Below, piece after piece: positions 25,145 through 37,939 of a DNA stretch of 64,000 bases. The first letter of the stretch is position 1, and each line of letters starts with the position of its first letter. A program made the position numbers and the translations under genes. Source of the stretch: Eledone cirrhosa (taxonomy: Eukaryota); the NCBI GenBank assembly GCA_964016885.1, contig OZ024741.1, positions 361,088,001 through 361,152,000 of the forward strand, in the 5' to 3' direction. The notes beneath the pieces were generated by a model. It searched no databases, was not told the origin of the DNA, and saw only the letters and a program-made list of their open reading frames with translations.

Positions 25145-25940
25145 TATTTCTTTATTAGCCACAAGGGCGCACAAGAAAAGGGGTCAAAACAAGGACACAT
25201 GCCGGGAATTTTACATACAATCGTGTAAAAATATGAAACAAACAATTATAACAATTGAAATCCCCAATAGGGGGGGATGTGCCACAAATGGGTTGTTTAA
25301 TACCCCGTACATAGAACAACCCTCAACTTCAGGAACATGTTGTGCAAGTGCTCCTTTCTTCCTTTTGCTCTCTTCTTCAACCTACAGGTTTATATACAGA
25401 GAAGGCCCAATCACTCGGGCCATTTTTGCCACATTCATCCACCTTTCTGTAAATTTACTGGAGTGCAGTGCCTCTCTCTCCATTCTGATTCTCCTTCTAA
25501 AGTGGTACCTAAAGAAGGGAATGAGTTGTCCGGAGAGAAAGGCATCTGTCCTCAGTCCTCTCAATCTCGTCCACCATATAACCTCTTTCACCATAGCCAC
25601 TATACAAAGGAAAACCGCCTCTCTTTCGTTTTTGAAGGAGGTTGGCGGTTTGATCCTTACTATGGACTCAGTACTCAACTGGATTTGTCCCATACGCGAC
25701 AGCAGTTGTTCTGCGTAGTTCCACAGGTCGGTTATGCCCGGGCAGTGTACAATTGCGTGCAAGACAGTTTCAATGTCCTGCCCGCATCTTGGACACATCC
25801 TCTTGGAAGGATCCCTGCCGGGGCGTCCGTGCCTGTAGATCTTGTCATGAACTGGTAGAGCTCCTCGGTAGCACTGCCAGGCCAGGGACCTCTGGAAGTT
25901 GTCCATAGGTCTCGGCGGAAAGTCCTACCAAACAGACTGG
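25145..25940 (-). mobile_element. Tx1/L1-clade LINE 3' end (zf-RVT CCHC domain)
   Basis: ORF 25382-25906 RGALPV...CPRCGQDIETVLHAIVHCP..W; both junctions in (GATA)n. Confidence 0.8.
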
Positions 25941-26803
25941 TAGATAGATAGATAGATAGATAGATGTGTACCAAACACACACACACACACAAACATTTCT
26001 TACTCTCTCTGTCCCTCCCTCTTTCTCTCTTCATTTATATATATATATTTGGCGTTGTTGAAAAGAGCAGTGGCCTTTGACCTGGCAATAAAAACTGGAG
26101 ACAAAATTCTTTCTGTACCAAAACCAAGGCACACACACACAAGTTTGTGTGTGTGTATGTATGTGTGGGTGTGTGTGTGTGTGCATGCGCATTCATGTGT
26201 GTGTGTGTGTGTGTATCTATCTATGTATATATATAAGGGATACAGATATGTCTATCTCACTGTCACCAAGCTTCTCAATTCATTCGTTGCTACTAAGTAT
26301 TTTATTTTGCTACAAGGTATTTTATTTTACAAGGAACTATTTTTCCCCTGAGTTTGTGAATATAAGAGAAAGGTAAGAAATTCTTCATATTTTGCATCTT
26401 TTGTATTTTGACTTTACAGTTTGAATTGTAGAATTGTCTATCCACTCAAAATATTGGAACAGCTAACAGTGAAATATAGAATTTAAAAAAAAAAGCTTTT
26501 TCGACTGAGATCAAATCTTTGAGAACATTCACATCTATTTTTCAAAAATATATAATTTGAAATAGCTTGCTTTTGTTTTGGACTGTAACTTTTTTGTATT
26601 TAATTTGTACGAGTATTTTTTAAAGATTCTAACATAACTTGATTTGGCCCAGTAATCTACTGATATCAAAATCAGTTGTATATTGAAAAATGGAAAAATA
26701 GGGTAGGGGGTGTTTCGTGATTTCGAGGGGCAAAAGGGGGCATTTGGCCAAAATGGGTTGAGAACCTTTGGTCTAGACACATCTGCTACTATAAATCAGA
26801 CTA

Positions 26804-26989
26804 CGAGAGTCAGTTGAAAGGTTCATAGGGTGACCAAGATGCTCTCATGGAATAACCAAATTAAGTTTATTTTTCAACATAGTCCCTGGAAAGAAAGAAT
26901 GTAGTTATTAATAAGAAGTGTTGAAATTAATGCATACAAGATTTCACAGCTCTAGCATAGTCAGCCTATGAACTATTAAGCAGACCCTT
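26804..26989. mobile_element. mariner-like MITE
   Basis: TA-CGAGAGTCAGTTGAAAGGTTCATAGG..GAC / GTCAGCCTATGAACTATTAAGCAGACCCT imperfect TIRs. Confidence 0.5.
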
Positions 26990-27042
26990 AATCTACTACA
27001 ATGCCATCCTAACAACACTATCTCTACCACAACCCAAACTAC

Positions 27043-28365
27043 AACAACACCATCCTAACAACACTATATACAGCACAACAACACCATCCTAACAACACTA
27101 TATCTAGCACAACAACACCATGCTAACAACACTATATCTAGCACAACACCATCCTAACAACACTATATCTAGCATAACAACACCATCCTAACAACACTAT
27201 ATCTAGCACAACAACACCACCCTAACAACACTATATCTAGCACAACAACACCATCCTAACAACACTATATAGAGCATAACAACACCATGCTAACAACACT
27301 ATATCTAGCACAACAACACCATCTTAACAACACTATATAGAGCATAACAACACCATGCTAACAACACTATATCTAGCACAACAACACCATCTTAACAACA
27401 CTATATAGAGCATAACAACACCACCCTAACAACACTATATCTAGCACAACAACACCATCTTAACAACACTATATAGAGCATAACAACACCATGCTAACAA
27501 CACTATATCTAACACAACAACACCATGCTAACAACACTATATACAGCACAACAACACCATGCTAACAACACTATATCTAGCACAACAACACCATCCTAAC
27601 AACACTATATACAGCACAACAACACCATGCTAACAACACTATATATCTAGCACAACAACACCATCCTAACAACACTATATACAGCACAACAACACCATGC
27701 TAACAACACTATATCTAGCACAACAACACCATCCTAACAACACTATATACAGCACAACAACACTATATCTAACACAACAACACCATCTTAACAACACTAT
27801 ATACAGCACAACAACACCATCCTAACAACACTATATACAACACAACACCATGCTAACAACACTATATACAACACAACAACACCATGCTAACAACACTATA
27901 TACAGCACAACAACACCATGCTAACAACACTATATACAGCACAACACCACCATGCTAACAACACTATATACAGCACAACAACACCATGCTAACAACACTA
28001 TATACAGCACAGCAACACCATGCTAACAACACTATATCTAACACAACAACACCATCATAACAACACTATATCTAGCACAACACCATCCTAACAACACTAT
28101 ATCTAGCACAACACCATCCTAACAACACTATATCTAGCACAACACCATGCTAACAACACTATATACAACACAACAACACCATGCTAACAACACTATATAC
28201 AGCACAACAACACCATGCTAACAACACTATATACAGCACAACAACACCATGCTAACAACACTATATACAGCACAGCAACACCATGCTAACAACACTATAT
28301 CTAACACAACAACACCATCCTAACAACACTATATCTAGCACAACACCATCCTAACAACACTATAG
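27043..28365. repeat. 34-bp minisatellite (~39 copies, some 31-bp variants)
   Basis: Unit ACAACAACACCAT(C/G)CTAACAACACTATAT(CT/AC)AGC. Confidence 0.95.
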
Positions 28366-29004
28366 ACCACTACAACAATACTATCCTCACGATACTGTAT
28401 CTACCAATCAACCCAAAACAAACATTAAAAACAAACAACAGATACAGACAAAAATAGCAGTAGCAGCAATAATCTTATTAGCCTCCAAGACTAAAGAACT
28501 TGAACCTCAGCAATGATAAGTACAGAATAGCAACAATTTTTTACACTTTGATTAATTCCACGTGGAACCTCATTTGCTCATAATACAGAGAGAGGGGGAC
28601 GGCAAGAGAGATGGAGGTGATGACAGTGGGAGTTCAGCTCTTCTGTGTTTGGACACATTTATCAATTCTATGTTGCTGTTTATATATGGTCTTTTTCTCT
28701 CTTTTTTATTTTTTTATTTTGCCCTCCTTTTTTTAGTATTGTATATATCCACCACAACACCAGACAAGCCAGGTGCCTCTTTATTGGTCACTTGACCTGC
28801 TAGTAACAACTGCCAAATACAAAACAAATAAAGGGAACACCACCAAACTCAACAGGCATATGTAAACGGACTACATAGTGGAGACAAACTATGGCACTGC
28901 ACTCCTTATGGTCAACCACTACATATGAGAATGTATGGTATAGTCTACTGCTAGGGGGCAATACAATATACCAAGGATATGAGATAATCTTTATGATAAT
29001 CTTT

Positions 29005-31185
29005 ACTTGCCATCACTGACGCTGATAAGAAGGTAGCTTGGAAGTGTCACTACGAAAGGCTACTAAATGAGGAGAATAAATGGGAGAAAGACAGCCTCCG
29101 CCACATCGATCCAATAGAGGGACCAGCAGTGCAAGTTGAAGGTAGTATAATAAGTAAGGCAATCAAAGATTATGAAGACGGGCAAGGCGGCTGGGCCTTC
29201 GGAAATAGTTGCTGAAATGCTAAAAGCATCTGGAATGGTGGGACACACTATGGTCACCAGGATAGTAAACCAAGTTATACAGAATGGGGTCATACCAAAG
29301 GAATGGCGTAGCAGCATCATCATTAACTGCTACAAGGGTAAAGGAGACACCCTAGATAGGGGAAACTATAGAGGCATTAAATTAATTGACCAGGTCATGA
29401 AGGTCACAGAAAAAGTAATAGCGCAACTAATCAGAGAGCGAATTGATCTAGATGAAATGCAGTTCGGGTTTGTGTCAGGCAAAAGTACCACAGACGCTCT
29501 TTTCATTGTACAACAACTACAGGAGAAGTACCTAGCTAAAAGTAAACCCCTCTACTTAGCTTTTGTATACCTGGAGAAGGCCTTTGACTGAGTCCCCCGC
29601 TCTATTATCTCGTGGGCTCTTAGAAAACTAGGTGTAGACGAATGGCTTGTGAGGGCTATACAAGCCATGTATAAAGAAACAGTCAGCAAGGTTAGAATTA
29701 ACAACGAATATAGTGAAGAGTTTAGCATAAAAGTTGGTGTTTATCAGGGCTCCATCCTTAGCCCTCTCCTATTTATTATCGCCTTCCAAGCTATAATGGA
29801 GGAGTTCAAGACCGGCTGCCCATGGGAACTCCTATATGCAGATGATCTAATGCTCATAGCCGAATCAATGGCTGAACTAGAGAAGAAATTCCAAACATGG
29901 AAGTATGGCCTAGAATCAAAAAGCCTTAAAGTTAACTTGTCTAAGACTAAAGTCCTAATATGTAGGAAGGAGAATAGGGCACTGGTCCCATCTGGGAAAT
30001 GGCCATGCTCAGTGTGTAGGAAAGGAGTAGGCAGAAACTCCATTTTATGTCCCAAATGCAAAGTATGGGTGCATAAAAGATGTAGTGGGATCACAGGTAA
30101 ACTAACTAAGAATATAGATTTTATATGTGGATGGTGCTCTGGTGCAATAAGTAGCAGCAAATGCCACAGAATACTAGCTCATTCCATTGCCCAGATGGTT
30201 CTATAGAAATAGTGGACACCTTCCGTTACCTGGGTGACAAAATCAGCAGTGGTGGAGGGTGCCCCGAAAGTACAGTAGCTAGAGTCCGGACGGGATGGAA
30301 AAAGTTCAGAGAGCTTATACCACTATTGGCTGCTAAAGGTTTCTCTCTAAAAATAAAAGACAGATTGTATGATGCCTGTATACAAACAGCAATGTTACAT
30401 GGCAGTGAGACCTGGGCCTTGTGTGCAGAGTGTCTACGCAGACTAGAGAGGAACGAAGCTTGCATGCTCCGCTGGATGTGTAATAGTAATATACGTGAAC
30501 GGCAAAGCATAAATGAACTAAGTGAGAAATTAGGAATAAGAAGGATCAGATGCTGTTTACTCGAGAGAAGACTACGTTGGTATGGTCACGTGATGCGCAT
30601 GAAAGATGACAGCTGTATAAAAAAGTGCAGGGTGATCAAAATAGACGGTAGCTTCGGAGTAGGCAGACTCAGAAAAACCTGGGACGACTTGATAAAATCC
30701 GACCTCATACACTTACACCTCTCCAAGACAATGTTACTGGACTGAGATCTTTGGCGCTACACAGTAATACAGAAGACCCACCTTGCCTAAGTACAAAGCG
30801 AAACCTACAGTCAATACGAACCTCTTAACCAAAATACAATCCCATCCCACTAACCCTACCCCCACCGCCATCTACACCACCCCTTTCGATGTAAAGTTAT
30901 GTTGGTACCACAACATCCAGTCCTAAATAAATGAGGTCGTGTAGGTGTCACAACAAAAAAACACACAGTCCATGCTGTAATGTGGCCGTGTAGGTAACAC
31001 GGTAAAAACCTCCCAGTCCACACTGTAAACGTGGTTGGTGTTAGGAAGGGCATCCAGCCATAGAAAACCCGCCAGACAGTCCTATACGAGCAAGACAACC
31101 AATCTTGCCTCAAGTGGGAAAATTCCCGTCCAGACACATGCCAGCATGGAAAATGGACGTTAAACGATGATGATGATGATGATGA
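29005..31185 (+). mobile_element. 5'-truncated RTE LINE (subfamily 1), frameshifted
   Basis: ORFs 29172-29591, 29649-30206, 30161-30745; PHD finger ~30006-30138; (GAT)n tail 31166-31185. Confidence 0.92.
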
Positions 31186-32089
31186 GGTTCCTAGATCAGC
31201 TAAAAATAATAATTATATCTCCCTCATATCAGATATTGTAAACCAACTTAGAAAAAGGACATATTAGATAATGTTGTTCTCAATGCTTTTAAAAAGGAAA
31301 GATGGTCATAGCTGAAATGTCTTTGATCATTAGTCTGTTTGTTCAGGTGTGACTTGAAGCTACATAACAATAATATACACATTACAATACATACATTCAA
31401 TGACAAAAAGAAAAATGAGAATGAAATGTCTGGCAAGACCCAAATACATTAATTATTACTGGTGAATTCCCTATTGGTTATCTGGTATACAATCAGCTCT
31501 TCTAAGAGATATACTGAATCTAACTAATTATGTAGGTCAGGCATAACTATGAACCCAGAAAGAGGTCAATTAAGTCAACCGTAACAAATATGTCTCTTGA
31601 ATCAAGTTCTCTTTTTTTAATATATATATTTCATTTTAAATAACACTCAGCTACAAAAGTATGCCAACAGGTTTTTCTTCGTAGCTTTCATATGCATATA
31701 AATATGCCTGTTCAATGAATTGTAGTGAAAGTGTACCATAAGTAAAAAAGAAACAGAGTCCCACAGTTTGAATATAGTGGGTGGGAAAAAAATTTCAATC
31801 AACTGAGACTATCCTCACAGTTTCAAGAACAAATTCTTTTTAGGTGTTCAGCTAATGTGAAGCAAGTAAGAGAGAGAACTTTTATAGCCTGAGCTGGTTC
31901 AAGTTTTTTTTATCAGTTTATAACAATGCAGTTGTTTATAAGCCAGCTTGGTAAAAGCAACAGACATGTTTCGATCTCAGGGAAGCATATTCACTGGGCA
32001 AGTTTGCTAGACTAAGAATTGTCAGATATAAATATAGGAAAAGAAAAAAAAAATGTGTTGATACAATCTGTAGATTTTTTATTTACAGT

Positions 32090-32310
32090 AATAATGGTTT
32101 GTTATATAGGCACAAGGCCAGTAATTTTGGGGGAGAAGAAAGCCGATTAAATTGACCCCAGTGCGTGACTGGTACTTTATTTTATTGACCCCGTAAGGAT
32201 GAAAAGCCAAGTTAACCCCGGCGGGATTTTAACTCAGATCATAAAGGGCCGTAACTCTATGCTGCAAAGCATGGCGTCTGACCTTCTACCGATACTGACA
32301 ATCCACCGCC
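32090..32310 (-). mobile_element. Meta-like tRNA SINE
   Basis: Revcomp similarity to 8541-8730. Confidence 0.8.
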
Positions 32311-32329
32311 CTTTTATTTACAGTAATAA

Positions 32330-32715
32330 TAATAATAATGAAAACAATAATAACAACAATGATGAAAAAGAAAGGTAAACAAAAGAAAAAAAAGAACGGG
32401 AAGGGGAGGGCATGGCAAGAACTCTAGTGTCGCAGAAGAGAGGGGAGGGGTGAAGTGGGGGTGGGGGTGGGGGTGATTGGGCTTTGGACCTAGGGCATGG
32501 GGGCAGAAGGGCTGCATCGCGCAGGCAAGACTGCAAAAGCATTCCTGCAGCCAATGGCCAGTGACACCCACTGCAACAGCCAACCAACCTTGTGGGGCTC
32601 CCTCCTCAGACGTTCCAATCTTGCAGAGGAGCTCGGCTGTACGGGGTCCAAGTATGCTTGACGTCTCCACGACGACTGGTGTGAAGATTATGTTTCAAAA
32701 GAGAGAACATGTGGG
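32330..32715 (-). mobile_element. CRE-like RLE non-LTR retrotransposon 3' remnant
   Basis: FTPVVVETSSILGPRTAELLCKIG then shifted frame WLLQWVSLAIGCRNAFAVL, resembling the F.P..vET.G...QrlS.ai.rgNa C-terminal motif. Confidence 0.55.
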
Positions 32716-33359
32716 ATGATAATGTTATTCAGAGATACTTATGTGTGTGAATGTAGGTGTATTTGAATTTAACTGCTGAAGCATAACAGAAGCCAAAAGA
32801 AAATGGTGCATGCATGCAGAACTATAAATGGTTGTAACTGCAAGTGGTATAAGTCACATTAGTTGTATGTTGAGGAGTACATGTAAGCAACTTCTTATAA
32901 TTTCCTGTCATTTGAAAATCTGCCTGTTCCTGCATCATAAAGTTTTGTTTCAATACAACAAACTTCAAATAACTTAGCAAGAGATGTTTTATGTATGTAT
33001 ATACAATGTATGATATATGTTTATGAATTTATGCATATGTGTGTTGTTGTTGTTGTTGTTGCTGTTGTCAAAACACACACATAAATACCAATACAAATTT
33101 TTAAATGAGAGGAAATTATAAATCCTTGTTGACAACATCAAGGATTGGACAGGTTGCATCACCACAACCTTTCTACATGTTACTGAGAATAGAGACCAGT
33201 GGTGACAGCTAACTTCAAAAACATCTAGTGTGGTACCCAATGACTGGCTTTACCAGTTGCAGGAACTTAAGAAAAACAAGAAGTGTGTGTTTGTGTCTAT
33301 GTGTGTTTGTAAGTAGTTATATATGTCTATGTATGCATGTATGTATGTATGTATGTATG

Positions 33360-33815
33360 TTCTTCTAGTTTTATAATTTCACAAAGTTTTACCAATAGAG
33401 AGAGAGAGTCGGTTTCTAACATAGACACAAGACTCTCTCATTGGAATTTACACAACATCAACTAGGTAGATATGTATGTATGCATGCATGTTTAGATATG
33501 GATGTTATTGTATGTGTGGATGTGGATGTTTTGAGTTGTATGTGTGCATGTGTATATGCTTTGCATCTGTACATGTGTATATGCAGTTATTAGATGCAAC
33601 ATTTTTGGAATGTTTTACATATTTTTACTGTTCCATAAATGGATTGTACTTGTAATTTCCTAACTAGTTGTATTCTTTTTGTTCCTGTGAAGCCTAGCTT
33701 CTCAAGATTTGTATTGAGGCAGTTACTAACATACCTCAGTGCCCCAATAATCACAGGCATAAATCTGAAGGTGTAATCAGGGTGGAATATCTGCAGATTT
33801 CTCATCAGTTCTGCA
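33360..33815 (-). mobile_element. R4/Dong-like 3' fragment in (CATA)n
   Basis: [26 protein letters not shown]...KICKTFQK matches 9830-10020. Confidence 0.8.
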
Positions 33816-33889
33816 TGTATGTATGTATGTATGTATGTATGTATGTATGTATGTATGTATGTATGTATGTATGTATGTATGTATATTTG

Positions 33890-34177
33890 CATGACGGTCA
33901 CTCTGATATAAAACCTGTGTCTTCGTTTGCATCCAATGATATAGATCAGTTCTACTTTTTGGGTAAATGTATTCGATGTTCAGAGAGTGGATTGGCTCTA
34001 TGCAAAGTCTTTGCTCACTTAAAAAAGTTTCAAGCACAGGTATCACTTAATATGTGACATTTTTTGTGACGCATGGCATTGCTAACCATAGGCAAGTTCC
34101 CAGCAGGACTAAAAAGTCACATCTCGTACTTAAGTATCAAGCAATGGCATTACTCGAAATCGAGTTGCAGCCATCAT
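33890..34177 (+). mobile_element. Diverged RTE-derived non-autonomous element with (ATGT)n tail
   Basis: Colinear with 23575-23936 (ACTCTGATATAAAACCTG...GGACTAAAAAGTCACA...CTCGAAATCGAGTTGCAGCCA). Confidence 0.6.
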
Positions 34178-34984
34178 GCATGCATGTATGTATGTATGTA
34201 TGTATGTATGTATGTATGTATGTATGTATGCATGCATGCATGCATGCATGTATGTATGTATGTATGTATGTATGTATGTATGTATGTATGTATGTATGTA
34301 TGTCTGTCTCTCAATTTCAAGTACATTTTTGACCAGCCACCTTCCTGGTGGCAAGATTGTAAAAGAAAAGAAATTGTCATCTCTTGAATTGCAAGAATGT
34401 TTTGCAAATTTTGAAGGTGCCAGCTACCGCAGCCATTTGTAGTCTATGAATTATGTATGTATGCATGTATGTATGTATGTGTGTTTGTATATATGTATGT
34501 ATGAATCTATGTATCTATGTATTTATGAACTAGTGTATATACGAATATATGGAATTGTGTGTGTGAAGGTACTTTTTAAAACTTTCTTAGGATTTCTTGA
34601 ACCAAAAAGCATTTCCCAGGAAATATAAAATAGTTAAAAACAGACCAGGATTTTGAGACCCCAAGATCCCAAGATCCCCAAATTCTGGTTTAGAAACCCT
34701 AGTGTCTATCAACTGTTTTTATTATATGCCATTGTCTCTGTTCTCTTTTATTTAGTTCCAGAAACTTCTATAGAAGTCTCTATTTATCATATTAGTTTTC
34801 CAGAGCAATTTTACTTGATCACTTGCCAACTCTATGTCAGCTAAGAATATATTTTGTTAGCATACTAATTATAGTGCAGTCAATGTTTTATGGTGATATG
34901 TAGTTGTTTGTCTTTCTTTTTTTAAATTTTGCAAGAACCATTGGTTAATTGGGGAAGGTGTGTGACTTAATGACATAGTGAAGA

Positions 34985-35130
34985 TATGTGGCCCAGTGGT
35001 TAGGGTGTTAGAGTCATGATCATAATGTTGCAGGTTCGATTCCTGCTTTGTGCAGTACATTGTGTCCTTGAGCAAGACACTTCATTTCACACTGCTCCAG
35101 TCCACCTAGCTGAAAGATATGAGTACCAGC
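34985..35130 (+). mobile_element. CORE-like tRNA SINE
   Basis: TGGCCCAGTGGTTAG A box, GGTTCGATTCC B box, TGTGTCCTTGAGCAAGACACTT. Confidence 0.7.
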
Positions 35131-35859
35131 AACAGCAGCTTATGGGAGATTAACTCTCACAATTGATTACTGTCTGATTCAGGGAAATATCTTTTTGGGG
35201 CCCTTATCATTAAAATATTCAAGAAACCTCTTATGTGATGCATCTTCACAGGAAGCGAGTTAAACCTACATAGGCATGGGCTACAACATCAGCAGCAATA
35301 ATTATTGGTTAAGTAGAGTCTTAGGATTCAGGAAATGGCCATGATATCCAAAAGATTGAATTTGGTCAAAATGTTCTTTCTTTATTTGGTCATAATGCTT
35401 TTTATAAATAGATTTGTCATGTGAAGGACAAGATATTTATGATAGACATCATGTTCTTATTATCAGGGTTTTTGTTGTCTTGACCACATTATATATCTAT
35501 GATTACATTAACTAATGTATTTCTTTCTTTGTTTTTCAACCAGTGGGGTGTGATTTGAGGGAGATTTGACTGTTATTGCTCACAGTGACCACACAATATT
35601 AGTTGTCATAATGGTATTGTTACTGTTGGCAACATAGTTATTGTTGCTGTTATTCTTTAGCTTCAGTTCAACCCTGATCTAGCAGACATGATTACTGACA
35701 CTCCAGGCAGGAACATCTCATTTTTGGATGGCAGTGGTGGTGTTGGGGGTGGGGGGTTTGTGTATCTTGGACTCTTTTGTCTAACGTGTTTTACTTTCCT
35801 TTTTCAAATAGTAAGATGGGATTTGAAGGAGATTTGGCTGCTATTTCTTGTAGATCGAA

Positions 35860-36322
35860 CAGCAAAAATTAGGTATTAGGGTTGGTGCTCTGAAATAGTG
35901 ATGTATACATGAATGTATGTATAGTATATTTGGCAATATACCGTACGTTTAATTAAAAACATTTAGAAGACCATACGCTATCAGTTTTTAATTTCAGAGC
36001 ACCAATCCTAATACCTAATTTTTGCTGGACCGGCAATTCTTCTGTATAATCAGCTCCTGATTATTACTGGAATTCTATAAGAATCCAGCCTCTATAATTT
36101 TCGGTGGAAGAGGGCAGTACATGGTTCTGATGAACGCCAATCAGCGTGAAACAGACTGTCAGCTTCTCTCCCTTCTTTCACCGAAAAGAAGTAAATGACA
36201 TAGTCACTACTTTAAAACAGATAGCGTATGGTCTTCTAAATGTATTTAATTAAACGTACGGTATATTGCCAAATATATTATACATACATTCATGTATACA
36301 TCACTATTTCAGAGCACCAATC

Positions 36323-36330
<8 letters not shown>
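35860..36330 (+). mobile_element. Non-coding ~315-nt unit with inverted permuted 5' copy
   Basis: 35860-35988 inverted vs 35991-36027 and 36213-36328; ATTTCAGAGCACCAATCCTAATA at 35991 and 36306. Confidence 0.75.
36098..36187 (+). ncRNA. Type I hammerhead ribozyme with extended stem I
   Basis: GGTT-CTGATGA-ACGC(CAATCA)GCGT-GAAA-CAGACTG-TC-AGCT; distal pairing TTTTCGGTGGAAGAGGG / CCCTTCTTTCACCGAAAA. Confidence 0.82.
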
Positions 36331-36375
<45 letters not shown>

Positions 36376-36386
36376 TATAACTATAT

Positions 36387-36462
36387 CTCCTGGACACGCG
36401 TTAAGCATGTTTCGCCCCGAATAATGTGTAGAATGAAACCATTGAGGGCTTATCAATAGGAG
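36387..36462 (-). ncRNA. Type I hammerhead ribozyme, U3-A8 core variant
   Basis: Minus strand: CTCCTA-TTGATAA-GCCC...GGGC-GAAA-CATGC(TTAAC)GCGTG-TC-CAGGAG. Confidence 0.68.
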
Positions 36463-37939
36463 GAACGACAGCATGATCCACACTTCTAATAATATATCAG
36501 ACAACTAGTTAGAATGCATGGTGTGAAGAGAAAACAAAACACCCGCACCATATAGTACAAGGTGGTGTAAATGGATCAAAAGACCGCTAAAAATAGCAGC
36601 CGAGAACCATTCAACTTAAGAAGCTCAACTTACATATAAAAATGAAATAGGAGCAAAATATCAAATTAAAGAGTTAAAGACTCACATTAATCCCCTATAA
36701 TTTAATGAGCTCAAAGTATAGATACCGGGCTCTTTATAAGACAGTATATAGAGAAAAGCACACAAAGAGGCATGTGTTTAATTAAAGGGGATATAATACT
36801 ACCAGAGTGAAAATCATATTATCTACAAATGGAATGGAAAATACATGTATTTTACACATTATTGACAGTCAGCTTTCCTGATGATTTCCTTCAAATGAAA
36901 CAGTTCTAGTCCTCTAGAAGCCATTTCTATATTATACTCTGCTACGTATTAAGTACCTTACTTACTGTGGTTACTCCCGATTGAATCCGGGATAATCACA
37001 CACACACACATGTATATATATATATAAGTTTCAGTAAACAATTTCTGCTAATAATAAATATTTGCTCTACACGTTTATATATACTTACATATGATATATA
37101 TAAATAAAGCTATAGTTGTCTATATTTGTTTGTGCGATAACTACAAACTTTGTGGTTCCCAGATATTTTCTTGCTGTAAATAGGATGAATAGGACTACCA
37201 TAGGTGAAAATCTTTTTTCTATAGTCAAATCAACAGTAATTATTTTGGTTTACCCCTTGGTGGTATTTGAACTCAGAATGTAAAGCACTGTTTCTAAATA
37301 TTGCAGTATTTCACCCAATGCTTTAATGATTCTGCTAATTGGCCACCCATATGCCTTAATAAATAATATGACAACTATAGTGGTACAAATTGGGAATTTC
37401 CTTCTTAGCTTAATTTACTTTGATTTACAAATAATTTCCTGCACTTCTTGACAAGACAGACTGTTGTTTTAATAACATTTCCCTTCACAAAAATATCCGG
37501 TTGTTAAGTAGAAGACACACATTGATCTTGTGCTTGCAAAATGTATGGGATTAAACTTAATTAAAATATTTTTATTATTATTATTATCATTACATTTTTT
37601 AAAAAAAATCAGATGTGACACAGTAATTTCCAAACGAATAACAAATTACTAAAATGTTCCATCATGAAAGAAAGAGTCATTTTAGCCACTTAATAGCACA
37701 AAAACTGTAAAATTTACGTTACATTTATTATATATTTTTTGGTGTCAACATTTTCATCGGACTATATGCACTCTGGTCGTTGATGTAGTGTGCAGGTTGC
37801 AAACAATGCAATGTAAGTTTTGACATCAGGACATATATGATAGATATAAAGTGAATTTAACAACTCTGAAAAAATTCAAACATTCCTTGATCAATAAAAT
37901 GAAGCTGGCATGCTTCATAGGATGTGTAATACATGGATG

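Larger units (their letters stand above)
22823..26770. mobile_element. Non-autonomous hAT element with nested insertions
   Basis: TIR CAAAGGTTCTCA / TGAGAACCTTTG; perfect 8-bp TSD GTCTAGAC at 22815-22822 and 26771-26778. Confidence 0.85.

Noticed and set aside
27043-28365. CRISPR-like or coding repeat
   Set aside because: Head-to-tail 34-bp units, no spacers, no open frame.
31955-32000. Minus-strand GAAACATGTC hammerhead half
   Set aside because: No CUGANGA-like partner or stem II.
32555-32715. HDV-like ribozyme or host exon in GC-rich patch
   Set aside because: No catalytic C/J4-2 or good P2; better explained as a CRE-like LINE remnant on the minus strand.
34985-35050. Genuine tRNA gene
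   Set aside because: Degenerate cloverleaf continuing into SINE body; same for the other SINE heads.
36875-36920. Hammerhead CTGATGA...GAAA...GTC
   Set aside because: No stem I and poor stems II/III.
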